Source: Dehalococcoidia bacterium (GTDB lineage: Bacteria; Chloroflexota; Dehalococcoidia; DSTF01; WHTK01). Taken from it: a stretch of DNA of 64,000 bases. The stretch spans positions 68,338-132,337 of the forward strand of contig CBDCMQ010000005.1 in NCBI GenBank assembly GCA_965219205.1, given 5' to 3'. This document shows positions 55,192 to 64,000 of this stretch, in pieces. Both the position numbers and the translations under genes were made by a program. The first letter of the stretch is position 1. Each line of letters starts with the position of its first letter. The notes below the pieces were generated by a model. That model saw nothing but the letters and a program-made list of their open reading frames with translations, did not search any database and was not told the origin of the DNA.

Positions 55192-56121
55192 ATGGCCGAT
55201 CTCGCACGGAAAGCCCTTGGGCAAACCGGAATCGAAGTAAGCACACTTGGCTATGGAGCCATGGAGCTGCGTGGTCCTATGCCGGGCCCGCTCCAGGGGC
55301 CACCGATTTCGGACAAGGATGCGGAAACCATTCTCAACACTGTGCTCGACGTTGGTATCAACTTTATCGACACATCAATCGATTATGGCCGTAGCGAAGA
55401 GCTGATTGGCCAGTTCATCTCCCACCGCCGTTCCGAGTACTTTCTCGCGTCGAAATGCGGCTGTGTGCCAGGCGCCGAAGGATTCGTAGAGCACGTCCAC
55501 ACCGCGGCGAATATCCGGGCAGGCGTCGAAAACAGCCTTCGCTTGCTCAATACCGACTACCTCGACCTCGTTCAGTTCCACATCAGTCTGACCCAGCAAG
55601 AATTCGAGGCTGAGGGTGCACTCCAAGAGGCTTTGGCCTTAAAGGAAGAGGGAAAAGTACGACTGATCGGAGTCTCGGGTACTCTCCCAAACCTGGACGA
55701 GCAAGTTCAGATGGGCCTGTTCGACGCGTTTCAGATTCCCTATTCTGCCCTTCAGCGAGAACACGAATCTGTGATCGAGCGAGTGTCAGCGGCTGGGGCA
55801 GGGATCATCATCCGAGGCGGAGTAGCGCGCGGCGCGCCCACAGATTGGCAGGAACGCTCCTACTACATGGTGTCGACCGAGGATTTGCAGCAGCGCTGGG
55901 ACGGCGCCAAACTCGACGAGCTTCTGGGAGGGATGAGCCGCATGGAATTCATGCTCCGCTTCACGCTTTCTAACCCAGACCTTGACACCACCATCGTTGG
56001 GACCAAGAGCGTCGACCATCTTAAGGACAACGTCGAGGCAGCCCTAAGAGGTCCTTTGCCGTCGGATGTGATCGACGAGGCGAAGAAGCGTTTGGCACTG
56101 GCGGGCTCGCGCTCTCAGTAG
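55192..56121 (+). CDS. aldo/keto reductase
   Basis: LGQTGIEVSTLGYGAMEL, IDTSIDYGRSEELIG and SKCG motifs. SD gaggag. Confidence 0.85.
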   Translation: MADLARKALGQTGIEVSTLGYGAMELRGPMPGPLQGPPISDKDAETILNTVLDVGINFIDTSIDYGRSEELIGQFISHRRSEYFLASKCGCVPGAEGFVEHVHTAANIRAGVENSLRLLNTDYLDLVQFHISLTQQEFEAEGALQEALALKEEGKVRLIGVSGTLPNLDEQVQMGLFDAFQIPYSALQREHESVIERVSAAGAGIIIRGGVARGAPTDWQERSYYMVSTEDLQQRWDGAKLDELLGGMSRMEFMLRFTLSNPDLDTTIVGTKSVDHLKDNVEAALRGPLPSDVIDEAKKRLALAGSRSQ

Positions 56122-56592
56122 ATAATTCCCGGAGATCGCAGCGCTGAGGGTGCAGCGAGCTATTGAGCTCTTGCTTGCACGTGGATGACGTGCTGCTGGC
56201 GCTGCACTGGCGGCGGTTCTGGCTTCGCACTATGGTCGCGGAGCTAATAATAGTTCATCACTTCAACCAAATCTTGAACTGCGCCGAAACGCGCCCGCCT
56301 TCCGGGTGTGGGTAGTGCAGGCGCTGGCTCGGTATCGCCGTAGCCAGGCTGTCGTTCGCGTAGCGGTTGTCTGACTCGGTGCTGCGCGTCCTGTAAATCG
56401 CGCCCCGGCCATTCGCCATCGGCTCCTCAGCATGCTGTCGCTCATTTGAAGCGGATCGCAGGGACGTCCACCTCAGACGTTAAGCTAAATGCGGGGGAAA
56501 GCGGTGTCGCTCAAAACTATCCGGATAGCGACGGTGAAGGCACCAGGCCTGTGGATTCATGTCGAGCGAAAATCGTGGCAAGGGTTTGTCAA

Positions 56593-57549
56593 ATGAGTGT
56601 CCCGGTTATCTACATCGCTGGAAGCGGCAGAAGTGGCACCACCTTATTAGGACAGCTCCTCGGGCAGGTAACTGGGATCTGCTTTGTTGGCGAGTTAGAT
56701 CAAATCTGGCAAATTAGCCTGGATCCGGATCACCTCTGCGGCTGTGGCAGGCCTTTTCGCTCTTGCGCCTTTTGGTCTGCAGTCATCAAGCGAGTGTTCG
56801 GAAACAAAGGACTAAGTGAGCGTGACGTGGAGGCAATCGTAGAGCTCAAGCGACGCGCTACCAGACTGCGCTATGTCCCGTATCTCGAATCGAATAGACA
56901 TCCGCAACGCTACAGAGAGCAAGTACGGGAATACGGGGCCATATTGAGCAACTTGTACCAAGCGATTGAAGCTGAATCAGGCTGCCGAATTATCGTTGAC
57001 TCATCCAAGCTAACGTCTAACGGCTTTCTGTTGAAAAGCTTAGAAACCCTTGACCTACGCGTTCTGCATCTTATCCGCGATAGCCGGGCCATAGCGTATT
57101 CCAATAAACGGGGTCGGAGAGATTCGGCTGGCTACTTGCTGAAGGCAGACCTGCAGCCTTCGCGATTCAAAGCGGCGGCACAGGGCGCAGAATGGAGCAT
57201 TTCGAACGCGGGCGCATATGCACTTAGACGCCGCAGCCGCTTGGGACTGCAAGTGAAATATGAATCGTTCGCATCCTCTCCGATGGAAACCGTTTCGAAG
57301 GCGCTGATGATGCTGCTGGCGCCGGAACTGCACGGGGACAATTATGTTGAACCAAGTTTGAGCAGTGGGACGGAGTTGGCAACTACTCATACCGTAACCG
57401 GAAATTCGATGCGTTTTGAAACTGGACCGCTTCGTATCGAGGAAGACATCGAGTGGAAATCGCAGCTAGCGCCATACCATTTTTATCTGGTCACCTTCCT
57501 CACTTTTCCGCTTCTAAAAGCCTTTGGCTACCCGCTAAGAATTAGATAA
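56593..57549 (+). CDS. sulfotransferase family protein
   Basis: 5'-PSB loop IAGSGRSGTTLL and 3'-PB-like HLIRDSRAIAYS. The start is taken at ATG 56593 (MSVPVIYIAG..); the ORF opens at 56446. Confidence 0.8.
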   Translation: MSVPVIYIAGSGRSGTTLLGQLLGQVTGICFVGELDQIWQISLDPDHLCGCGRPFRSCAFWSAVIKRVFGNKGLSERDVEAIVELKRRATRLRYVPYLESNRHPQRYREQVREYGAILSNLYQAIEAESGCRIIVDSSKLTSNGFLLKSLETLDLRVLHLIRDSRAIAYSNKRGRRDSAGYLLKADLQPSRFKAAAQGAEWSISNAGAYALRRRSRLGLQVKYESFASSPMETVSKALMMLLAPELHGDNYVEPSLSSGTELATTHTVTGNSMRFETGPLRIEEDIEWKSQLAPYHFYLVTFLTFPLLKAFGYPLRIR

Positions 57550-57651
57550 TCGTTTGAACCGTAATATCGCGCCGCCAGGCCGACTGGGCAGATCCCGGCG
57601 CGCAATGGCAAAATTCCACTGGACGGTTTTGAAGTGCGATAACATTCGATC

Positions 57652-58424
57652 ATGTCGAAAGAGGCAGATGCACCGCGGCGAAACGCCGAGCCCGCTCTGC
57701 TTACCGCCGCGAAAAAAATCGAGTGGATCCGCTCTCAAACCAACGCTCCAAAGCCCGGTTTGACTGAAGCCGCCATTCTCACTCATCAGATATCGTTGCT
57801 CGGGCGACACTGGCCCTGGCAAAGGGGCCGTTCAGCAAAAAGCCTCTCCTTTGATGTCCGTCGCAAAACTTCGACTCGGGGTGCGATCACAATCGTTGGC
57901 CTCCGAGGGATCGGTGGCGCAGCGACCGCGGTGGCAATCGAGGAGATGGCTGTTGTTGGCGTCAAAAAGCTCGTAGCCATCGATATTGCCGGAAGCATTG
58001 CTCGCGCGGGGTTCGAAGTGGCGATGTAGTTCTTGTTGAAGGCGCTTTGCCTGCCGATGGGACGTCTCCACACTACAGTGACGAAGCCGTAATACTTCTG
58101 GTCCAGAAAATGACGGATGGTTTGAAAGAGATACTTGTCTCGCATCAGGTTCCGTTTTCCAGCGGTCTGGCATGGTCAACCGACGCGGTGTACAAGGAAA
58201 CGCCGGCTCTGATCGAGAGAGCGCGCAACCAGGGCGCCGTCGTTGTCGATCTAGAGACGGCTTCAGCCCTGGCGGTGTCTAAGGCCGTCGGAATTGAAGC
58301 AGCCGTGGTGCTGGTCGCGGCAGACGAACTCTTGGAGGACTGGCGGCCGCCAACCGAGCCAAAACTGGTTCAATCCCGGCTGCAAGGGCTGATGTCAGCC
58401 GTAACGGACCTGCTCCTGCAATGA
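57652..58424 (+). CDS. nucleoside phosphorylase superfamily (PNP/UDP-type) protein, interrupted by a 1-nt frameshift
   Basis: GIGGAATAVAIEEMAVVGVKKLVAIDIAGS..|..GDVVLVEGALPADGTSPHY...WSTDAVY...VVVDLETASALAV. The ORFs 57652..58029 and 58047..58424 join if the G4 run near 58021..58024 is read as G5. Confidence 0.65.
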
Positions 58425-59590
58425 ATCCTGCTATCGTCGTGCTCGCTTATGACCGGCCGGAGGCTCTGGAGCGGCTGCTTCATTCGCTGGATCAGGCCTT
58501 CTTGCCAGAAAATACAGAAGTACCGCTAGTGATTTCCTTGGATCATTCGACCAGCCCGAGTGCGTGCCGCACGGTGGACCTGGCAAGAGCGCGAGACTGG
58601 CGCTTTGGGCCGAAAACAGTCATTGAGCGGACTGAGCACCTTGGTGTCGTGGGTCACTTTCGAGCGGCCGGGGAACTAACGCGTGAATACGCTTCTGCCA
58701 TCATGCTAGAAGATGACCTGACCGTAGCACCGCCGTTTTATGAATATGCCTCGCAGGTTCTGGACACTTACGACAGCGATGATAGTGTTGCCGGTCACTG
58801 CCTGTATGGCTTGCGGTTTAACGGCTTTACTCGAGAGCCTTTCATTCCGATCGAGGACGGCAGTGATGTCTTCTTTCTTGGCGTGCCCTACACTCAGGGC
58901 CTCTGTTTTAGCGCTCGGCAGTGGCGCAATTTCGAGGCCTGGCTTGAAAACCATCAAGTCAAGCCACATCGCGACCTTCATCCGGCATTTCTGTCTTTTG
59001 GTCCGGAGGAGTGGTTCCCTAACTTGGCAACCTACATGGCAGAAACTGGGAGATTCTTCAGCTTTCCCAAGGTTTCACTGTCCGTCGCGTGGGGTGATTC
59101 GGGTGCTCATTTTGCTGAGAGCACGTCCTGGTTTCAGGCTCCGATTCAGCTAGGCCGGCGCGATTTTCAGTTCCCACGCCTCGATGACGCGGGTTCAGTC
59201 TACGATGGTTTCTTCGAGCTGCTGCCGGGAAGGCTCGATTCCACATCTGTCGACGTCGTCGAGTTCGATGTCGACCTCAATGCCACCAAACAGCCTGGTA
59301 ATCTGAGATTCGATTGGGTCTTGACGACTAGGCCGGTGCGCAAGGCCAGGATGAGCTACGGCCTGACCATGTATCCACCCGAGTCAAACGTTGCGTTTCG
59401 TGTGCCTGGCAGGGATATCTCACTGGCACATCGAGATGACGTGCGCTGGGGTACCTGGGCTGAGACCGAAGCACGTAGGCGGTTGCATGAGTACTACTGG
59501 CGCCGAAATCGCTCTAGCCGCCGACGATCGCTTCGCTTCGCCGTCGCAAGGGCGCTCGAGGTGCTGCGAGACCGGTGGCATTGGGGTTGA
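58421..59590 (+). CDS. glycosyltransferase, GNT-I (GT13)-like GT-A fold
   Basis: IVVLAYDRPEALERLLHSL and MLEDDLTVAPPFYEYA resemble the GnT-I EDD motif region (EDDLEVAPDFFEYF, from memory). The ATG overlaps the upstream stop (ATGA). Confidence 0.7.
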   Translation: MNPAIVVLAYDRPEALERLLHSLDQAFLPENTEVPLVISLDHSTSPSACRTVDLARARDWRFGPKTVIERTEHLGVVGHFRAAGELTREYASAIMLEDDLTVAPPFYEYASQVLDTYDSDDSVAGHCLYGLRFNGFTREPFIPIEDGSDVFFLGVPYTQGLCFSARQWRNFEAWLENHQVKPHRDLHPAFLSFGPEEWFPNLATYMAETGRFFSFPKVSLSVAWGDSGAHFAESTSWFQAPIQLGRRDFQFPRLDDAGSVYDGFFELLPGRLDSTSVDVVEFDVDLNATKQPGNLRFDWVLTTRPVRKARMSYGLTMYPPESNVAFRVPGRDISLAHRDDVRWGTWAETEARRRLHEYYWRRNRSSRRRSLRFAVARALEVLRDRWHWG

Positions 59591-59652
59591 ACAGGGCGCT
59601 ATTCTCAGAGACGCCAGTGATCGTTTAGGGTCATGGCGGACGAATACTTAGA

Positions 59653-60342
59653 GTGACCAGATTGAACGCCATTGGATCGAAGAGTCCGGATCTGCCATCG
59701 GCAGCGAAACTGACCACAGTTCATAATCGCCAGCCCGAGCCGCACATTTTTTACTTTGCATCCAAAAGGCTGCTTGACGTTTCTCTGTCTCTTGTCTTAG
59801 TCGTTCTCTCGCTTCCGGTACTGCTTATTTCGGCCAGCGCAATCGTCTTCACGACCCGGAGGAACCCAATCCTTTTACAGGTTCGTACTGGCCGGCTGGG
59901 GTGCGAGTTCAGGATGCTGAAGCTTCGCACCATGCAAGGCCCCGGCAGCCTCGAATACCAGGACGGTGAGGTTTCGAGCGAAGTATTCGTCCTGAAAGCT
60001 AGGGACGACTCGCGAGTAAACTGGATTGGGCGGCTGCTACGTCGCAGCTCAATCGATGAGCTGCCGCAACTGTTTAACGTCCTAGCGGGGCAAATGAGCC
60101 TGGTCGGACCGCGGCCCAGCCTGCCTGTGGAGGTTGCCAGATACTCTCATCCCTGGCGGCGGCGTCTCGCTGTCAAGCCGGGTCTGACCGGCCTTTGGCA
60201 GGTCAGCGGCCGCAGCGAGGTCGCGCCGTCTCGTCGCATGGCCATGGATCGCCACTACATTCGCAACCGCTCATCGGCCGCCGACTGTCTAATACTGCTG
60301 CGCACCGTTTTCGCCACGATTTCAATGCGAGGTGCCTGGTGA
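59653..60342 (+). CDS. polyprenyl-phosphate glycosyl-1-phosphate transferase (bacterial sugar transferase, small PGT)
   Basis: One N-terminal membrane helix. FRMLKLRTM and DELPQLFNVLAGQMSLVGPRP. Confidence 0.85.
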   Translation: MTRLNAIGSKSPDLPSAAKLTTVHNRQPEPHIFYFASKRLLDVSLSLVLVVLSLPVLLISASAIVFTTRRNPILLQVRTGRLGCEFRMLKLRTMQGPGSLEYQDGEVSSEVFVLKARDDSRVNWIGRLLRRSSIDELPQLFNVLAGQMSLVGPRPSLPVEVARYSHPWRRRLAVKPGLTGLWQVSGRSEVAPSRRMAMDRHYIRNRSSAADCLILLRTVFATISMRGAW

Positions 60343-61451
60343 GCCTGATGAGAGATGCGATTCCGACTGGTTTTACAAGTGTCAGTTTTGTCCACGATTA
60401 CATGACTCAACTTGGCGGGGCCGACCGCGTTGCGGGAATTCTGGCCAGCAACTTGGCCTCGGCCAACCTGCTGACGTCGGTGCATCGCCCCGAAGCCGTG
60501 CCGATCGATACCATCGGTGGACGGCCATGGAGGACCAGCTTTCTGCAGCCCTACGCGAGCCGCGTGCCGCTCAGAGTGATGCTGCCCGCGTTGCCAAGAG
60601 CTGTCGCTTCTCTCGACGTCACCGACAGCGATCTAGTCATCTCGAGCTCGAGCGCGTTCGGACATCACGTTCGCCCTTCGCAGGGCGCGAATCACGTTTG
60701 CTATTGCTCCACGCCGGCGCACTTCCTCTGGAGCCAAGCTGAATACTTTCGTGGCCGATCCGGGTTGAAAAGACTGCTCTCGCCGCTCCTACGAAAACTG
60801 CGACGCCTGGACGTCGAAGCGGCGCGGCGAGTCACCACCTACATCGCCAATTCGAATTACACGGCCGAGCGGATTGAGATGGCATATGGGCGGCGTGCCA
60901 CGGTTGTCTATCCACCGGTGGAGCTTTCGCGTTTCCGGCCCGGGCCTGATCGGTCGGATCGGTTTATCGTCGTCTCGCGCCTCGTGCAGTCTAAGCGGGT
61001 TGACTTGGTTGTTGAGGCGGCAAACCGCTTCGAACAGCCCCTAGACGTCATCGGCACTGGGCCAGAGCTCGGGCGGCTGAGGCAGCTGGCCGGCGCATCA
61101 GTGCGAGTTCTTGGCTGGCAACCCGATTCTGTGGTCAGGCGGATGATGGCTGAGAGCGCGGCGGTGGTCGTCGCGGGTAGAGAGGATTTTGGTCTCGTGA
61201 TCGCGGAGGCACAGGCTAGCGGCCGGCCACCGGTCGCGTTTGCCGCCGGAGGCGCCTTGGAGATCATTGATGATGGTGTTACGGGGTTCTTATTTCAGAC
61301 CCAAACACCGGATTCGATCGGAGAGGCTATGGCACAAGCCCAGAACCGCGAGCTTGATACGTGCGACTTGGTGGCGTCGGCAGCTCGTTTCGACGTTCCA
61401 CGGTTCATCGATGCATTTCACAACGCGGTCGAGTCATGCGACTCGCCATGA
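60339..61451 (+). CDS. glycosyltransferase family 4 (GT-B)
   Basis: EDFGLVIAEAQASGRPPVAFAAGGALEIIDDGVTG (E-x7-E). The GTG overlaps the upstream TGA (GTGA). An ATG at 60348 is an alternative start. Confidence 0.85.
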   Translation: MSLMRDAIPTGFTSVSFVHDYMTQLGGADRVAGILASNLASANLLTSVHRPEAVPIDTIGGRPWRTSFLQPYASRVPLRVMLPALPRAVASLDVTDSDLVISSSSAFGHHVRPSQGANHVCYCSTPAHFLWSQAEYFRGRSGLKRLLSPLLRKLRRLDVEAARRVTTYIANSNYTAERIEMAYGRRATVVYPPVELSRFRPGPDRSDRFIVVSRLVQSKRVDLVVEAANRFEQPLDVIGTGPELGRLRQLAGASVRVLGWQPDSVVRRMMAESAAVVVAGREDFGLVIAEAQASGRPPVAFAAGGALEIIDDGVTGFLFQTQTPDSIGEAMAQAQNRELDTCDLVASAARFDVPRFIDAFHNAVESCDSP

Positions 61452-61507
61452 CACTTTTTTCAGACCCGCGAGGGAAATTGCCGAAGGCGTCGTAGCGAGA
61501 AAACTCC

Positions 61508-62905
61508 ATGGCTTTAACGAAGGTGAGCAGCCTCTCTGAATCATTGCTGACGGCAGAGCGGCGGACGGAGTTGGCCGCGACAGCCGCGGCGGCCGCCGGA
61601 TTGGCACTCAGCGGAGCCATAGTTCTAAGCTCGTTTCGCGCCCGAATTCTCCTGAGTGAGCGTCCGCTGCCACCGGTTTTCGGTGACTTCCGTGACCTTC
61701 TCTTGTTTTGGAATGAGCTGTTTGTAATTGGTGTTTTGGGTCTTTGGGCTGCCAGCATCCTCTTGCAGCCACGCAAGGTTGAATTCGGCCCTCTGCTAGT
61801 TCGAATTCCAGTCATGGTGCTTGCGGCGGCAATTATTCTCTCGGTTCTGTTCGCCCAAGACCGCGGGCTGGCGCTGTTTAACGCGTTCACGCTTTTAGGG
61901 TTCATGGCTCTGGGTCTTTATGTGGTTAATGAGGTCCGGAGTGCCGCAAGCCTCGCACCGGCGATAGCGATAATGATTTTGCTCCAAGCGATCTTGGCGA
62001 TCAGCCAAGTCGTCAGCTAGCAGTCATTTGGCCTGGCCGATTTAGGCGAACTTGACCTTGACCCGGGTGTCAACGGAATCAGCATCGTTTGGACTGAAAA
62101 CGCCCCAGCCATCTTGCGAGGCTACGGCCTGAGCGATCATCCAAACATTCTTGGTGGTGTCATTGCAGTTTCGCTGCTGGTGCTGGCAGCGAATCTGAGC
62201 CGTTATCGAGAAGGAGCCCTGGCCGTGGCTTGTGCGATCTTCGGACTCGGCACCGCGGCATTGTTCGTGACGTTTTCGCGCTCGGCAGCGCTGGGACTCG
62301 GCACCGGCCTTGGCCTGGCTCTTGTGCTGTTCTTGGCCCGCCGTGACTGGCCGGCGCTCAAAGTTTGGTCTGCTGCATGTCTTGTCGCGGTCGTGATCAC
62401 GGCTCCTCTAATAATGCCGTACTCGGACTATCTCGGCGCGCGCCTAAACCCGAGTGCCCAGGCGGAAGGCAGCCCGGAGCAGCGGTCGCTTAGCGAACGC
62501 GAGTCGCTGGCCCGGAACACCAATGAAATATTCGTTGACAACCCGTTGGTTGGTGTTGGTGCCGGTGTCCTGCTCACCGCTATGAAGAACGCTTACCCTG
62601 ATTTCCATTACAGCTACGCTCCCGCCCACATCGTCATTCTGGTTGTGGCCGCCGAAACCGGCATTCTTGGCGCATTTGCCTATGGTGTGATCATGCTGGC
62701 GCCTTTGGTTCTGCTTTGGCTGCGACGCGATCGTTTGACTCCGGAGCTAATCGGTGTTTCGGCTGCATTCTTAGCCCCGCAGATTATCGGGCTTTTCGAC
62801 TATTACACCTGGAGCCTTACGGCAGGCCGGATCTGGTTTTGGTTGATTCTCGGCCTCTGGATTGTCGCGTATCGGCGCGCCGTCGATCGGGTCGCCGATG
62901 CTTGA
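61508..62905 (+). CDS. O-antigen ligase/polymerase (Wzy_C)-like membrane protein with an in-frame TAG
   Basis: Multi-pass, with FVTFSRSAALGLG and GLSDHPNILGG. The ORFs 61508..62020 and 62114..62905 are in the same frame. The only stop between them is the TAG at 62018..62020 (..AISQVVS*QSFGLADLGE..). Confidence 0.6.
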
Positions 62906-64000
62906 CTTCCTTTTCATCCCGCTCTTGCTGATCTACTTTGGCATGATTGCAACGCTCTTCGTCTACGGCGCGAATTTCTTCCACCTCACGCTCATCGCGA
63001 TTCGGTCAAGCAAAGCCGCTCCGCCCGAACTGGTGCCCGAAGAGTGGCCGAATATCGCCGTGCAGCTCCCTGTCTACAACGAAATGTACGTGGCCAGACG
63101 GCTGATAGACGCTGTGGCGAGTTTCGACTATCCGCTCGACAAGCTCGAGGTTCAGGTACTAGACGACTCGACGGACGAAACGCAAACGATAGTGGACCAG
63201 GCCGTCGAATACTGGCACAGCCGTGGCCTCAATATCGCCGTGCTGCGCCGGAGCGATCGTCGCGGATTCAAGGCGGGCGCGCTCGCGGCAGGTCTAGAAA
63301 GGACGGATTCGCCGTACATCGCCCTGTTCGACGCGGATTTCGTACCTAAACCCGACTTCCTCAAGCGCACCTTTCCCACGCTCCATGCCGTCGAAGGACT
63401 GGCCTTTGTCCAGACTCGCTGGGGTCACACCAACCGAGGTCAGTCCGTCTTGACCTTCTTGCAATCACTCTCGATCGACGGGCACTTCTCGGTGGAGCAA
63501 CACGCGCGCTGGCGGGCCGGATATTTCTTCAACTTCAACGGCACGGCCGGGATCTGGCGACGCAAAGCAATCATAGACGCGGGCGGCTGGAGTCAGAAAA
63601 CGTTAACCGAGGACCGTGACCTCTCATATCGGGCCTTTCTGCAAAACTGGCGCGCCGCCTACCTGCGAAACGTAGTGTCGCCCGCCGAACTGCCCGTGAG
63701 CTACCATGCCTATCGTAGGCAGCAACAACGTTGGGCCCAAGGCAGCTTTGAATGCGCGGCCATGTACATCCCCGCGGGTCTGGCGATCACAGCACCCCTG
63801 GCGGCGCAAGGTTCAGGCAACGCTGCATCTCTCTGGGTACACTATTCACCTCCTGCTCCTGTCGTTGTCATTGCTCTATCCGCTACTGCTGGCTGAAGCG
63901 ACGCGCTATCCCATCCTACTCTCGGTCTTCAGTTTTCTCGCTTTCAGTAACATCGCCGCGCTTGCGCCGCTTGCCTTGTTCACCGCCGCTCAACAGCAAC
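62898..64000 (+). CDS. processive family-2 glycosyltransferase (cellulose/chitin-synthase-like), frameshifted and truncated by the window end
   Basis: LPVYNE, VLDDSTDET, FDADF, QTRW, TEDRDLS and QQQRWAQG (QxxRW) motifs. After 63770..63773 (C4 run) the conserved continuation PRVWRSQHPWRRKVQATLHLSGYTIHLLLLSL.. lies in the +1 frame and runs off the window. Confidence 0.8.

Noticed and set aside
56263-56445. A 60-aa Arg-rich minus-strand ORF between the aldo/keto reductase and sulfotransferase genes.
   Set aside because: Its composition (R/A/T/S-rich) is typical of a spurious GC-rich frame. It has no SD and no motif.
54860-56590. A genomic island inserted at tRNA-Pro, with the glycan cluster as cargo.
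   Set aside because: By eye I found no integrase gene and no downstream direct repeat of the tRNA 3' end. The idea remains possible but is unsupported within this window.
28526-62020. The in-frame TAG codons in the formamidase (28526..28528) and the Wzy-like gene (62018..62020) as evidence of stop-codon reassignment or pyrrolysine.
   Set aside because: TAG is used as the normal terminator of many well-delimited genes in this window, with ends at 1230, 9320, 16224, 17410 and 37249. No pyl genes are present. Simple nonsense mutations or base errors are more parsimonious.

Overview
High-GC bacterial chromosomal segment, almost fully coding: about 55 protein genes, one tRNA, no rRNA, no CRISPR array, no intact mobile element, and no recognisable transcription factor. 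The content is dominated by paralogous catabolic enzymes. These are five Rieske non-haem-iron oxygenase alpha subunits, three family-III (CaiB/Frc-type) CoA-transferases, two amidase-signature enzymes, four alpha/beta hydrolases and four amidohydrolase-superfamily proteins. There is also a BphB-like dihydrodiol dehydrogenase, an LLM/F420-type oxidoreductase, two MFS transporters and a TauE/SafE exporter. This paralog-rich profile resembles organisms that degrade recalcitrant organic matter (for example SAR202-type Chloroflexota or Actinomycetota), but taxonomy cannot be established from this window. After proS and tRNA-Pro(GGG), the right-hand 8 kb is a surface-glycan cluster (sulfotransferase, GT13-like, GT4 and GT2 transferases, priming phosphoglycosyl transferase, Wzy/O-antigen-ligase-like protein). 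Six observations stand out. (1) A co-directional operon at 22.0-28.1 kb couples a 2-hydroxyacyl-CoA lyase/oxalyl-CoA decarboxylase-family ThDP enzyme, two CoA-transferases and a crotonase with a stand-alone formyltransferase. That formyltransferase resembles the N-terminal domain of 10-formyl-THF dehydrogenase, suggesting a formyl-CoA/folate C1 link. (2) A decayed integrative island lies at the left edge, bounded by tRNA/tmRNA-3'-end-like direct repeats and containing an integrase stump. (3) A 2-kb cassette encoding an NHL/thrombospondin-type-3 repeat protein is bracketed by a 34-bp direct repeat that duplicates the 5' end of the neighbouring gene. (4) A roughly 90-nt GC-rich intergenic repeat family flanks a hydrolase gene. 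(5) A GatC/AtzG-like mini-ORF precedes an amidase, with no gatB in the window. (6) At least eight otherwise conserved genes are interrupted: a 19-bp tandem duplication, two in-frame TAG codons, and several 1-nt indels that mostly sit in short G or C runs. These interruptions could be real gene decay or consensus errors. All calls come from reading the sequence and ORF translations by eye; no database search was run.
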